Part shown: one piece after another, positions 38,737-47,500 of the stretch | Position numbering within the stretch: position 1 is the stretch's first letter | How the letters are laid out: each line of letters begins with the position of its first letter | Assembly: GCA_963713825.1 (NCBI GenBank) | Contig: CAVQNG010000005.1 | Span: forward strand, 490,778 to 554,777 | Reading direction: 5' to 3' | From: an uncultured Acidobacteriota bacterium | GTDB lineage: Bacteria; Acidobacteriota; Thermoanaerobaculia; Multivoradales; JAHEKO01 | Length of the DNA: 64,000 nt | Position numbers and translations under genes: made by a program | Notes under the pieces: model-generated | Told to the model about the DNA's origin: nothing | Database searches by the model: none | The model's input: only the letters and a program-made list of their open reading frames with translations

Positions 38737-39729
38737 CTACCTCTCCTCGGAAAGTTGATCGGCGGGGGTTGGGTCCATCGGAGTCAGACGAAAGACCGCG
38801 ACGCCCTGGCCCCGGGCTTGGGTGACGTAGAACTTTCCCTCTTCTCCCATGACGAGGTCTGTAGGGCGGGCCAACAGACGGTCCCTCGCCTTGGAGAATT
38901 CGGTCAGGAACCGCAGGGTCTTGTCGAACACCATCACGACATTGCGGAGCTTGTCGGCGATCAGGATATTGCCGTGGTCGTCGGCGATGATGCCGGAGAC
39001 AATGCCGAACTTGCCGGGCGCTGAGCCGGCCATGCCGAACTGTCGCAGCTCACCATCAGGCGACACGACATAGGCCTTGAAATTGGTCGGGATCGTGAAG
39101 AGGATGTTCCCCGCGGGGTCGATATCGAGACCGAAGATCTCTTCGCTGGCCGGATCCTCGAGTTTCGCCAGTTGTGCCAGATCATGACTCTGTTGGTAGG
39201 CTCCTGATCCATCCACCGTCACCACCTGATGTTGACTTCTGCTGGCAAGAGTTACGAGTCCATCTCGATAGAAGAGAGCGTTGGGTCCGAAGTCCTCGAG
39301 CTCTGCCGGCAGACCGGTCACTTCCAGGCGTTCGATCGGGGTGCCGCGATAGTCGCAGCGGGAGAGCCACCACTGCCTTGTCTCGTCCGGTGTCTGGAGC
39401 GCTGTTTCCATGGGCTCGTAGGTTAGAAGCAGAAGGTCGCCCGAGTCCTCGACCACGAGATCGAGGATCTGCCCCAATGCAAGATCGACTTCGAAACGAT
39501 AGACCTCCATTCCGGTACTACTGAAGATCCGGACAGAGTTGCCCAGCGAGCCGTAGATTTCATCGCGTTGGCGGTCGATGTGGAGAATGACGTCGCTGTA
39601 CGGGACCATACCGCTGAAATCGGAGAGGTTGTAAAGGTAGGCTACCGTGACCTCCGGAGCCCCGGACAGGGCTCCCGAGGCGGCCAGGCCGAGGCAGATT
39701 GCGAGTCGAATGGTCGTGGTGAAGCGCAT
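38737..39729 (-). CDS. NHL-repeat/6-bladed beta-propeller protein
   Basis: Signal peptide MRFTTTIRLAICLG; FGMAGSAPGKF, ILIADKLRNVVMVFD. Confidence 0.82.
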   Translation of the reverse strand: MRFTTTIRLAICLGLAASGALSGAPEVTVAYLYNLSDFSGMVPYSDVILHIDRQRDEIYGSLGNSVRIFSSTGMEVYRFEVDLALGQILDLVVEDSGDLLLLTYEPMETALQTPDETRQWWLSRCDYRGTPIERLEVTGLPAELEDFGPNALFYRDGLVTLASRSQHQVVTVDGSGAYQQSHDLAQLAKLEDPASEEIFGLDIDPAGNILFTIPTNFKAYVVSPDGELRQFGMAGSAPGKFGIVSGIIADDHGNILIADKLRNVVMVFDKTLRFLTEFSKARDRLLARPTDLVMGEEGKFYVTQARGQGVAVFRLTPMDPTPADQLSEER

Positions 39730-39871
39730 CGAGTGCCAGGCACGCCGCTGTCCAGTTCTGCACGAGCGGCGCTGCGGAACTCTACAGGAATCGGCACTCT
39801 GGCTCAATTTGGCACGACGTGCTGGAGTACCACGATCGGGCGCCGATTGGGTATGGGCTCCGAGCGAAGGC

Positions 39872-39904
39872 AAAAAGAGGGGCTGGCTTTTCAGCCAGCC
39901 CCTT
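39872..39904 (-). terminator. Rho-independent terminator after omcS
   Basis: Minus strand AGGGGCTGGCT-gaaa-AGCCAGCCCCT followed by CTTTTT. Confidence 0.85.
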
Positions 39905-39946
39905 CGAGAACTCTGGTTGAGCTCTACGATCAGTGCACGTGTTCGA

Positions 39947-41239
39947 TTAGTCCTTGAGATGGCACTTGTTGCAGAGCACGCGCTGGTGTCCAGCGAACTC
40001 CTGCTGTGGCGGCCGGCCGTAGTAGGTCGCTGCCATCTGACCGACGGTGTAGCCGCGGTTGAACTGACCCTGGTTGCCGAGGCCAGCGTTGACACCCGGA
40101 TAGACCGGCGTAGCTGGGTCGCCGAGGGTCAGGAACTCTGCCTCGCCGTTCCAGCGGAGGATGTACTTCCAACCGCCTGCATGGGCCCGGTGGCAGGTCA
40201 TGCAATTCATGCGGTCGCCACCAGCAGGGCCGGTCAGAACAGTACCGTCGTTGTTGGCCAGCGCGGCCAGCGTAGCGATATCCGTCGTGCTGGTCGAGAA
40301 CGGCACCAGCGAGGTGAAGGAATCGGCCACGTTACCCGTCAGGTCACCGGTCTTGACATAGGCGTTGTAGTTGTTGGCTTCGTTGCCCAGAGTGTCATCG
40401 ACAGGATGGACCGTGCCGCCAGGAGCGCCTGGAGTGTCGGTGTGCATGCCGGTGTGGCAGGTGGCGCACCACTTGCCCCACGACGCGAACCCTGTGGTAC
40501 CGCCGTTTGCGAAGCCGTAGGCAACGCGAGTCGGATTGGGCGACTCGTTGCGATTGTAGTCGTCAGGCACGACTGCTGCGGGGGCGCCAGGGAAAGCCGC
40601 CGGAACGCCAGAGGCCTGGTAGCCGTTAGCGCCGAGGAGACGGTAGGTGCCGACAGCAGAGCCGGCCGCAGGAATCGCACCGTAGGATCCCGAGTCCACG
40701 ATCGGCGGGAAGGTCGTGCCGATCGTCGGGAAGATGACCGTTCCGGTGGAGTCAATGCGCCCGCCACCATGCGGATCGTGGCAGCTCTGGCAACCGAGCT
40801 GGCTGGATGCCATCGTGCCGCCAGGTGCCGTTAGATTCGTCGTGTCAGCGACGTAGGCGTTGTCGGCAGCGATGATGTTGTGGCCGCGCGTTTCGCCATC
40901 GTTGGTGATCGGAGCGTAGTAGGTAGCGGTGGCGGTGAGATCCTGACGCAGCCAGCCGAAGTCACCACCCGGTGTGCGCTGGACGACGATGTCTGTGTCA
41001 TTCGTCAGCTCAGCGGCCGGCGTGCTGATGTGGTAGCGGGTCGGGCCGGTATCGCCCGCGCTCTCGTGGCAGGACAGGCAGGTCGAGCTCTGGTCGGTAG
41101 CGACCAACAGGAAGCTCGCGCTCTCTGCGCTGTGCATGCTGTGGCAACCGGAGCATTCTGCGACGCCGCCATCATGGAAGGCGAGGGCGGGCGCGGCCAG
41201 GATCGCTACGGCGGCCAGTAGTAACAGGGTTTGTTTCAT
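39947..41239 (-). CDS. omcS: OmcS-family hexaheme nanowire cytochrome (430 aa)
   Basis: Signal peptide then FHDGGVAECSGCHSMH, TPGGDFGW, GHNIIA, APGG, C-terminal QRVLCNKCHLKD; 6 CXXCH; AAGGAG RBS. Confidence 0.93.
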   Translation of the reverse strand: MKQTLLLLAAVAILAAPALAFHDGGVAECSGCHSMHSAESASFLLVATDQSSTCLSCHESAGDTGPTRYHISTPAAELTNDTDIVVQRTPGGDFGWLRQDLTATATYYAPITNDGETRGHNIIAADNAYVADTTNLTAPGGTMASSQLGCQSCHDPHGGGRIDSTGTVIFPTIGTTFPPIVDSGSYGAIPAAGSAVGTYRLLGANGYQASGVPAAFPGAPAAVVPDDYNRNESPNPTRVAYGFANGGTTGFASWGKWCATCHTGMHTDTPGAPGGTVHPVDDTLGNEANNYNAYVKTGDLTGNVADSFTSLVPFSTSTTDIATLAALANNDGTVLTGPAGGDRMNCMTCHRAHAGGWKYILRWNGEAEFLTLGDPATPVYPGVNAGLGNQGQFNRGYTVGQMAATYYGRPPQQEFAGHQRVLCNKCHLKD

Positions 41240-41316
41240 TTCGCTTCTCCTTTGTTGATTAACCGTTCTATAACGGTTGGTTTGTGTAGTTGCAATTCCC
41301 ATTCGAGGGTCTATAC

Positions 41317-41332
41317 AGCAAGGGGCGTGCCA
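41317..41332 (-). promoter_or_regulatory. Sigma54 -24/-12 promoter of omcS
   Basis: Minus strand TGGCAC-GCCCC-TTGCT, exact consensus spacing. Confidence 0.88.
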
Positions 41333-41515
41333 GGTCGAGGCGCGCAGGGCAGCAGAAGGGCCTCTTGGACAGATAGATAGCTGTGCATGGAAATAAAGTC
41401 CCCAATTCCTTCGACTTAGGTCGCCAAGGCTCTCGATGCCACGCGAGTAGGATCTTGGTGGCGGTGGATTCTGCAGTCGTCTACGGCGGTAAGAGTACGG
41501 TCGTCGGGTTCCCTG

Positions 41516-41533
41516 GTGGGGAATATTCCCCAC
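41516..41533. promoter_or_regulatory. Perfect 18-bp palindrome, candidate enhancer for a sigma54 activator
   Basis: GTGGGGAATATTCCCCAC about 185 bp upstream of the -24 box. Confidence 0.55.
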
Positions 41534-41546
41534 TTTGGGGCTGACA

Positions 41547-41564
41547 TTGTGAAATTTTTCACAA
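41547..41564. promoter_or_regulatory. Rex operator
   Basis: TTGTGAA-ATTT-TTCACAA, perfect Rex consensus. Confidence 0.75.
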
Positions 41565-41661
41565 GCACTGAAGTGAGGACTAGGGCCCAAATAGGGAGGA
41601 TGCGGATTCGAGTCCGACCGGGTCAGCCGGGCCCAGAAGGATCGGATCAGAAGAGTTCGAC

Positions 41662-42057
41662 TCAAGCTTGAGGCGGTTTGTCGCTGTTGGCCTGGTGCTC
41701 GCTGCAGCGCACGAGTAGCTCGAGCTGTTCTCGAAGATCGGAGGTATGGTAGGGCTTCTCGATGAAAAAACAGGAGTGATTCAAGGGCCCCAGGCCGGCC
41801 TCCTCGGCGCTGCGGAAGACGCAGGATTCAAACAGCACGGGTATTTTTGGCGAGTGGCCCTGGCAGACGTCCTGGAACTGTCTCCAGGGTAGCCCGTCGG
41901 GGCCGATGTTGGCGATCACGGCTTCGGGAGGTCTGCTTTCGAGCGCCTTCAGTGCGGCGTCGAAGGTCGCGACTTCCTCCAACTCGATCTTCCCATCCAG
42001 AATTCTCTGAATCAGGGAAACCAGAAGATGGCTACCATCCAGAACGAGGAATCGCAT
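41662..42057 (-). CDS. Atypical stand-alone receiver-domain protein
   Basis: MRFLVLDG, PEAVIANI (Asn at the phospho-Asp position), FIEKPY. Confidence 0.7.
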   Translation of the reverse strand: MRFLVLDGSHLLVSLIQRILDGKIELEEVATFDAALKALESRPPEAVIANIGPDGLPWRQFQDVCQGHSPKIPVLFESCVFRSAEEAGLGPLNHSCFFIEKPYHTSDLREQLELLVRCSEHQANSDKPPQA

Positions 42058-42095
42058 AACTCCCTCCCGTGGCGCTAGAGACCTATTGATACTCG

Positions 42096-42111
42096 TGCAA
42101 ATATCGTTCCA
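42096..42111 (-). promoter_or_regulatory. Sigma54 -24/-12 promoter
   Basis: Minus strand TGGAAC-GATAT-TTGCA, about 40 bp upstream of the receiver gene. Confidence 0.65.
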
Positions 42112-42296
42112 AGGGCTTAGGAAGCGATGTGGGTGGGCGCAACCCATTGTGACCCTCGTTGAGGGAGCGCTGACTGAGGGATGGAACGCGCGTCAAGAGG
42201 GTCTCTGGTTCGGGCAATGGGCCGAGCCCGGTACCAGGAGTGCTCATTCCCTTGTCGAGCGTGAGCTCGAATACCTCTTTCCGCGGTGGACTGAGG

Positions 42297-42941
42297 TCAG
42301 GGTATCTGCGGGGACCAGTTGGAGGTATCGCCGGTCTCGAATCCGTCCTGGAAGATCGAGTTGCTCGTTGGGTCGAAGTCGAAGAAGACATCATCGACGA
42401 TCAGCGTGCTTGCGTCGGCGATATCTGTTTCGACCTGCAGCTGGAGATTTACGGTCTGGCCGGCATAGGGAGCGATGTCGACAGTGCGAAGGGTCCAGAT
42501 CGATGTGTTGATCCCCGCGTGCAATTGGAACTCGTCGACCTCGACGCCGTTGACAAGCAGCCGCGCGAAGTCGAATCCCAGGTGGGAATCCACGGAACCA
42601 ACCTGGAACCAATACTTGAGGCTCGGTGAGCCGGCAGGGACCATGATGCTCTGCTCGATGGAAGCAAGTTCGTTGTTGGCGATCCCGAGAACGGCCCCCC
42701 AGTTGCCGCTGTGGGCTGTGATGGACAGCGTTCTGAGGTCTCGGATCAGGTCCAGTCCCTGGACTGAAGACTCGGTCCAGACCTTGGCGCCCTGCTCGAA
42801 GTTCCCGTTGGGGAGGGGCTGGGTGTCGTTGGGAGTTATGGTGCTGCCACTGTTGACCCTCTGGCCTGGTCGGAACGACCCGGGCTCGCGAGGCTTGCGA
42901 CAGTGGCCAGAATGATGGCCGCGACGGCGATCCATGTCCAA
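42297..42941 (-). CDS. Beta-sandwich extracellular domain with C-terminal IFQDGFETG motif; 5' end unclear, possibly a remnant
   Basis: PNGNFEQG...AHSGNW...YAGQTVNL...VDDV; no signal peptide. Confidence 0.55.
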   Translation of the reverse strand: MDMDRRRGHHSGHCRKPREPGSFRPGQRVNSGSTITPNDTQPLPNGNFEQGAKVWTESSVQGLDLIRDLRTLSITAHSGNWGAVLGIANNELASIEQSIMVPAGSPSLKYWFQVGSVDSHLGFDFARLLVNGVEVDEFQLHAGINTSIWTLRTVDIAPYAGQTVNLQLQVETDIADASTLIVDDVFFDFDPTSNSIFQDGFETGDTSNWSPQIP

Positions 42942-43037
42942 GGGCGTCTATTCATCGTTCGGGTCTCCATCGGAGCCGATCCTCTACCAGCGGGAGCAGT
43001 CTATGTGGTCTCTAGCAGATCTTTCGAGGATGGGCCA

Positions 43038-43076
43038 ATACCCTCGGGGGTGGATTCCGCCCACCCGATCAGGTAG
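43038..43076. promoter_or_regulatory. Tandem CYACCC-N4-GGGTRG sites
   Basis: ATACCC-TCGG-GGGTGG (43038) and CCACCC-GATC-AGGTAG (43061). Confidence 0.55.
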
Positions 43077-43082
43077 GTGGAG

Positions 43083-44449
43083 CTAGCTGCCGAGATCGAA
43101 TTTCTTGAGGCGGTAGCGGAGCTGGTCGCGGGTGACGCCCAAGAGCTCGGCGGCGCGGGTCTGGTTGTCGCCGGTGGCGGCCATGGCGCGGGTGACGAGT
43201 TGGCGCTCCATCTCTTCGAGGGGGACGATCGGGGCTTCCGACGCCTGCGACATGCTGCCGCCGGCGCCGGTCGGGTCCATGCCCAGCTCGTTGAGAACCA
43301 GAGCTGACGGCTCGATCCAGGGCGATTTCTCGAGGATCATGGCGCGCTCGACGACATTGCGCAGCTCCCGAACGTTGCCAGGCCAGGAGTAGGAGAGGAG
43401 GAGGTTCTCGGACTCGCGGCTGAAGCCCTTGAATTTGCGGCCCATCTTGGGCTGGAGAGTCTCCAGGAAGTGATTGGCGAGGGGCAGGATGTCCTCCGGC
43501 CTCTCGCGCAGAGGTGGCACCCGGATAGGGAAGATGCTCAGGCGGTAGAAGAGGTCCTGCCGGAAGGTGCCCTCTCGGACCATGGAGGCCAGGTCCCGGT
43601 TGGTCAGGCCGATGACTCGCACGTCGACCTGGATCTCCCGAGAGCCACCGACCCGGCGCAGCCTCCTTTCTTCGAGCACGTGCAGCAGCTTGGCCTGGAG
43701 CTCCAGCTTGAGCTCGCCGATCTCGTCGAGGACGACGGTGCCGCCATCGACCAGCTCGAAGGCGCCCTTGCGGGTCTCCTTGGCGTCGGTGAAGGCGCCG
43801 CGCTCGTGGCCAAGGAGCTCGCTTTCGATGAGGGTGTCGGGCAGCGCCGCGCAGCTGATCTCGAGGATCTGCTTCTTGTGGCGATGGGCGAGAGCGTGGA
43901 TATAGCCGGGCGAGGACGTTCTTGCCGGTGCCGCTCTCCCCTTCGATCAGAATGGTGTCGATGTCGGATCGGGCGACCTCGTTGACGACCTCGAGGACGC
44001 GGTTGCAGGCATCGGATTCCGACACGATGTCGACTTGGATCTCGCGCTCCCGGGTCTGGCGGGCCGCCTGGACCTCCAAGTGCTCGCTGCGGATGGTCAG
44101 GGACTTCTCGATGAGCTTCACCAGATCGGCCTGGTCCACGGGCTTGCCCAGGAAGTCGATGGCGCCGAGCTTCATGGCGCGGACGGCTTCTTCGATCTGG
44201 CCGACCGCTGTCATGACGATGACTACCGTGTCCTCGAGGCGGCGGAGATTGCGCTCGAAGAAGTCGAGGCCGTTGCCGTCGGGCAGGGAGATGTCCAGCA
44301 GTAGGACGTCGGGTTGGTGGTCGTCGAGGTGCTCCCTCGCAGTGGCCAGGTTTTCGGGCATCGTGGACGTCGTGGCCGACGCGCTTGAGCTGCTCGGTCA
44401 GGGCCCAGCGCAGGAGCTTCTCGTCTTCGACAATCAGGATCAGGGCCAT
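43083..44449 (-). CDS. NtrC/AtoC-family sigma54-dependent response regulator; frameshifts near 44358 and 43905
   Basis: ILIVEDE, LLDISLPD, GESGTGK, ESELLGHERGAFTDA, WPGNVREL and a Fis HTH spread across three frames. Confidence 0.88.
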
Positions 44450-44483
44450 TGCAGTCTAGCTTTCGGGTTCTTCGTTCGGGGAT

Positions 44484-46136
44484 TCAGGCTCTTCGGCCAC
44501 TCGGGGGCGGCTCCTCAGTCTCTTCCCCAGGGAGAATCAGATAGAAGTTCGTGCCCCTGCCGACCTCGGAATCGACCTGCAGCGTACCACCGTGCTGCTC
44601 GACCAGGCTGCGGGCGATGGCCAGCCCGAGGCCTGTCCCTGAGAACTTGGTGGAGAAGAAGGGCTCGAAGACACGCTTGAGTTGTTCGGGTGGGATGCCG
44701 GGGCCGTCGTCTTGCACCGCCAGCACGATGCCGCCGCCTTCTGGGAAGTCGCTGGCACGAACCGTGACGGTCCCGCCGTCCTCCATGGCTTCGGCGGCAT
44801 TCTGGATGAGGTTGAGGAGGACCTGCCGAATCTTCGAGCCGTCGACCTGGGCCTCCAGGGGGCCGTTCGTTAGATCCAGCTCGAGTGCGACATTCTGCCG
44901 CCTCAGGCCTGGGGCCATGAGGATTCGAACCTCGTCGAGGAGCTTGTTGAGGTCTGTGGTCGCCAGGCGAGCGGGCCCAGGGCGTGCCGAGCCCAGCAGG
45001 CTGCGCAGCGTTCCATTGACCCGCTTCAGCTCGCTGAGCATTTCGTCGAAGAGCTCTTTGTTAGATTCGCTCTCCGACGGGTCTTCCCGGAGGATCTCCA
45101 GAGCGCCTTGAATACCGGCCAGCGGGTTCTTGATCTCATGCGCCAGGCCCGCCGCCAGGCGACCGAGGCTCGCCAGCTGGTCGGTGTGGGCCAGCTTGGT
45201 GGCGACCTCGGCTTGCCGTTGCCGCTGCCGACGCAGGAACTGCTGCAGCGACTTTTGTAGCTCAGCGGAGTGCGGGTCGAGAACCAGCCTGTGGGCACCG
45301 GATGCGGGTCCCTCTCCCGACTCGGCGGCGGCCAGCTCCTCTTCGAACTTACTGGAAAAGCGTTGCACGGATCGGCGAACTAGAGCGTTGATCCCACCCA
45401 GGGCGGCGGCCCAGGCTAGGATCAGGAGAGCGAGATTGCGGCGGGAGTGGTTCCGTACATCTCTGAGAGATTTCGTGACATCCATGCTCATCGAAGCGAC
45501 GGCCAGGGTCTCGCCGGCGGCGTGGCAGCGTACACACTCTTCGGTTGCGATGACCTTACTTAGCCCGCGGATCAGCTCCTTACCATCTTCCTCACTTAGC
45601 CAGACCCGCTCCAACTGAGGGCTCGGTAGGAGGCTCAGAATCGCGTCACGCTCCTGCTCGGTGACCAGTGGGTCCGAGCCGATAGACCTTCCATCGGGGA
45701 GGAGCAGTCTGAGCCCGACGACATAGTGCTCAGCCAGAACTGCTTCGAACATGTGGCGCAGCGTGCCGGAGCCAGTGTGGGCTACTGCGATCTGATTCAA
45801 CTGCCGAGTAGCAGCACTCAGTCTTTGCTGTGCTGACTCACGTGCGAGCCCCGCAACCTCGATTTCCGTGATGCGGGCCGTCGCGATGTAGAGAACCCAG
45901 AAGGCGAAAACATGCAGAGGTAGGGTGACCAGCCAAAAGCGGCCTCGGCGGGCCATGAAGGTTCGGAATCGGGCCCGCTTGCCCGGCTTGGGCAAGATCT
46001 CTTCTGTGTGATCGGAGATATCGATCTCAGGGATCTCGCCGCCGGCTGCACCGGCTTCGGAGACTCCGGACTCGGCCCCGGGCACCCCGGATTCGACTTT
46101 TCGGTCGACGGGTCCCTCTGGTTCCTGAGAGGTCAT
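44484..46136 (-). CDS. Sensor histidine kinase with a periplasmic CXXCH heme motif
   Basis: Two TM helices flanking CVRCH; LAHEIKNPL, NLIQNA, DDGPGI, GTGLGL. Confidence 0.92.
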   Translation of the reverse strand: MTSQEPEGPVDRKVESGVPGAESGVSEAGAAGGEIPEIDISDHTEEILPKPGKRARFRTFMARRGRFWLVTLPLHVFAFWVLYIATARITEIEVAGLARESAQQRLSAATRQLNQIAVAHTGSGTLRHMFEAVLAEHYVVGLRLLLPDGRSIGSDPLVTEQERDAILSLLPSPQLERVWLSEEDGKELIRGLSKVIATEECVRCHAAGETLAVASMSMDVTKSLRDVRNHSRRNLALLILAWAAALGGINALVRRSVQRFSSKFEEELAAAESGEGPASGAHRLVLDPHSAELQKSLQQFLRRQRQRQAEVATKLAHTDQLASLGRLAAGLAHEIKNPLAGIQGALEILREDPSESESNKELFDEMLSELKRVNGTLRSLLGSARPGPARLATTDLNKLLDEVRILMAPGLRRQNVALELDLTNGPLEAQVDGSKIRQVLLNLIQNAAEAMEDGGTVTVRASDFPEGGGIVLAVQDDGPGIPPEQLKRVFEPFFSTKFSGTGLGLAIARSLVEQHGGTLQVDSEVGRGTNFYLILPGEETEEPPPSGRRA

Positions 46137-46167
46137 GCCGCTGCTTCCAGTTGCCTGCGCCCTTTCC

Positions 46168-46983
46168 TCAGCCCGCCTTCTTGCCCTTGAGCGCCATGAA
46201 GACCAGCAGGATGCCGACTCCGATGACGATCAGGCCAGGAACCAGCCACGGGGAGATACCCTCTGACGGTGGGGGACCGGCTTGGGTCGACGCAGCTCCG
46301 GCACCGGGTTGTGCCGGCATCGGTGCCTGGGCTCCTGCGGGCGGGGGCTGTTGTGCGGTCGGCTGGAGTGCGCTGGCGGTGAGAGTCGGTGTGGACTTGT
46401 TGTAGTCGACCTCGATCGTGAAGGAAAGCTCGGCCCCGGCAGGGCCCAGATCCTCGCGCTGATAGATGAGACCGTCATTGGCGAGAGCCGGCGCTGCACT
46501 GGCGGGCTGTACCGTGAAACCGGTGGCTCCAATCGGCTGCAGCACCTCGAAGACAACGCGGTCGATCTCCAGGCCCCCTGGCCATTGTAAGTGGTAGTGG
46601 CGTTTCTCGGTGCTGACGTCGAGAGGCACGTAGTACTCGAGGCGAATCTCGGGTGCGTCGGTGGAGATGTAGACGGTGCTCATCTCCTCTCCTGGCTCGA
46701 GCATCGATTGGGCGACGAGTAGACCGCCACCTGGGAATCGCTTGGCTACGGCGCTGGGACTGCCTGCCGCGGTCGGGATGGGGAGAGGCACCGAAGTGGG
46801 AAGCGGTGTGTCCGGTGACAGAAAGCCCCGCAGCATTACGAGCACGGAGGGTTGGTCGTACTCCGGCCAGATAGAGATCTCCAGGCGCTCGAGGTGCGGT
46901 GTAGCCGGCCCAGGCGCATCCTGGGCGAAGGAGACCAGCGGGATGAGTAGAAGACAAGCAAAGAGAAAGATGGCTCTGTGCAT
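46168..46983 (-). CDS. Exported hypothetical protein with C-terminal membrane anchor
   Basis: Signal peptide, IWPEYDQPSVLV, Pro/Ala linker, TM helix and basic tail. Confidence 0.75.
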   Translation of the reverse strand: MHRAIFLFACLLLIPLVSFAQDAPGPATPHLERLEISIWPEYDQPSVLVMLRGFLSPDTPLPTSVPLPIPTAAGSPSAVAKRFPGGGLLVAQSMLEPGEEMSTVYISTDAPEIRLEYYVPLDVSTEKRHYHLQWPGGLEIDRVVFEVLQPIGATGFTVQPASAAPALANDGLIYQREDLGPAGAELSFTIEVDYNKSTPTLTASALQPTAQQPPPAGAQAPMPAQPGAGAASTQAGPPPSEGISPWLVPGLIVIGVGILLVFMALKGKKAG

Positions 46984-47197
46984 TTCGTAGAGTCTCCGGG
47001 ACAAGAGAAGGTCACACTGACGGCCGGCAGGGGCGCCTGGCACCCCCTCCCACCCCGGCTGGCAGAGGCGCCAGCCGCTTCCAATGGGCGGGGGCAAGCC
47101 CCGCCCCTACACTAACAAGCCAAGGGCAAGCCCCGCCCCAATAACAACAAGCCAAGGGCGAGCGGATGCCCAACTACGACAGTGCCAGGGTAAGCGT

Positions 47198-47389
47198 CTA
47201 CCCTGAACGGTCTCCTTTCTGCCTGATGATTCTAAACGCGATGAGGCCGACGAACCAAACGAGAGTTAGCGATACGAAGATCCATTCCAGGACGTAGTGC
47301 GGTTGATTCCCGGTCGTGATGTCATCCAGGGCCGCGTAGCAGAGGACCAGGAGGATGATGGAGATAGTGAAGGTGAGGAACCGTTTCAT
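47198..47389 (-). CDS. Small two-TM protein
   Basis: MKRFL...AALDDITTGNQP...; flanked by REPs. Confidence 0.55.
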   Translation of the reverse strand: MKRFLTFTISIILLVLCYAALDDITTGNQPHYVLEWIFVSLTLVWFVGLIAFRIIRQKGDRSG

Positions 47390-47500
47390 AGACACCGCCA
47401 ACAACGATACATCACCAAGGGCGGGGACAAGCCCCGCCCTTACATCGGATGTAGGTTCCCCAGGACCCAAGCCCCAGGACGGGCGGCAAGTAGCGCCGCC

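Noticed and set aside
39810-39826. Sigma54 promoter TGGCACGACGTGCT
   Set aside because: GG-GC spacing is one base short and it points against the local genes
41240-41316. GEMM/cGAMP riboswitch upstream of omcS
   Set aside because: The leader is too short and lacks the consensus
39947-41665. 572-aa version of the omcS ORF
   Set aside because: The extension covers the promoter; the RBS and signal peptide place the start at 41239
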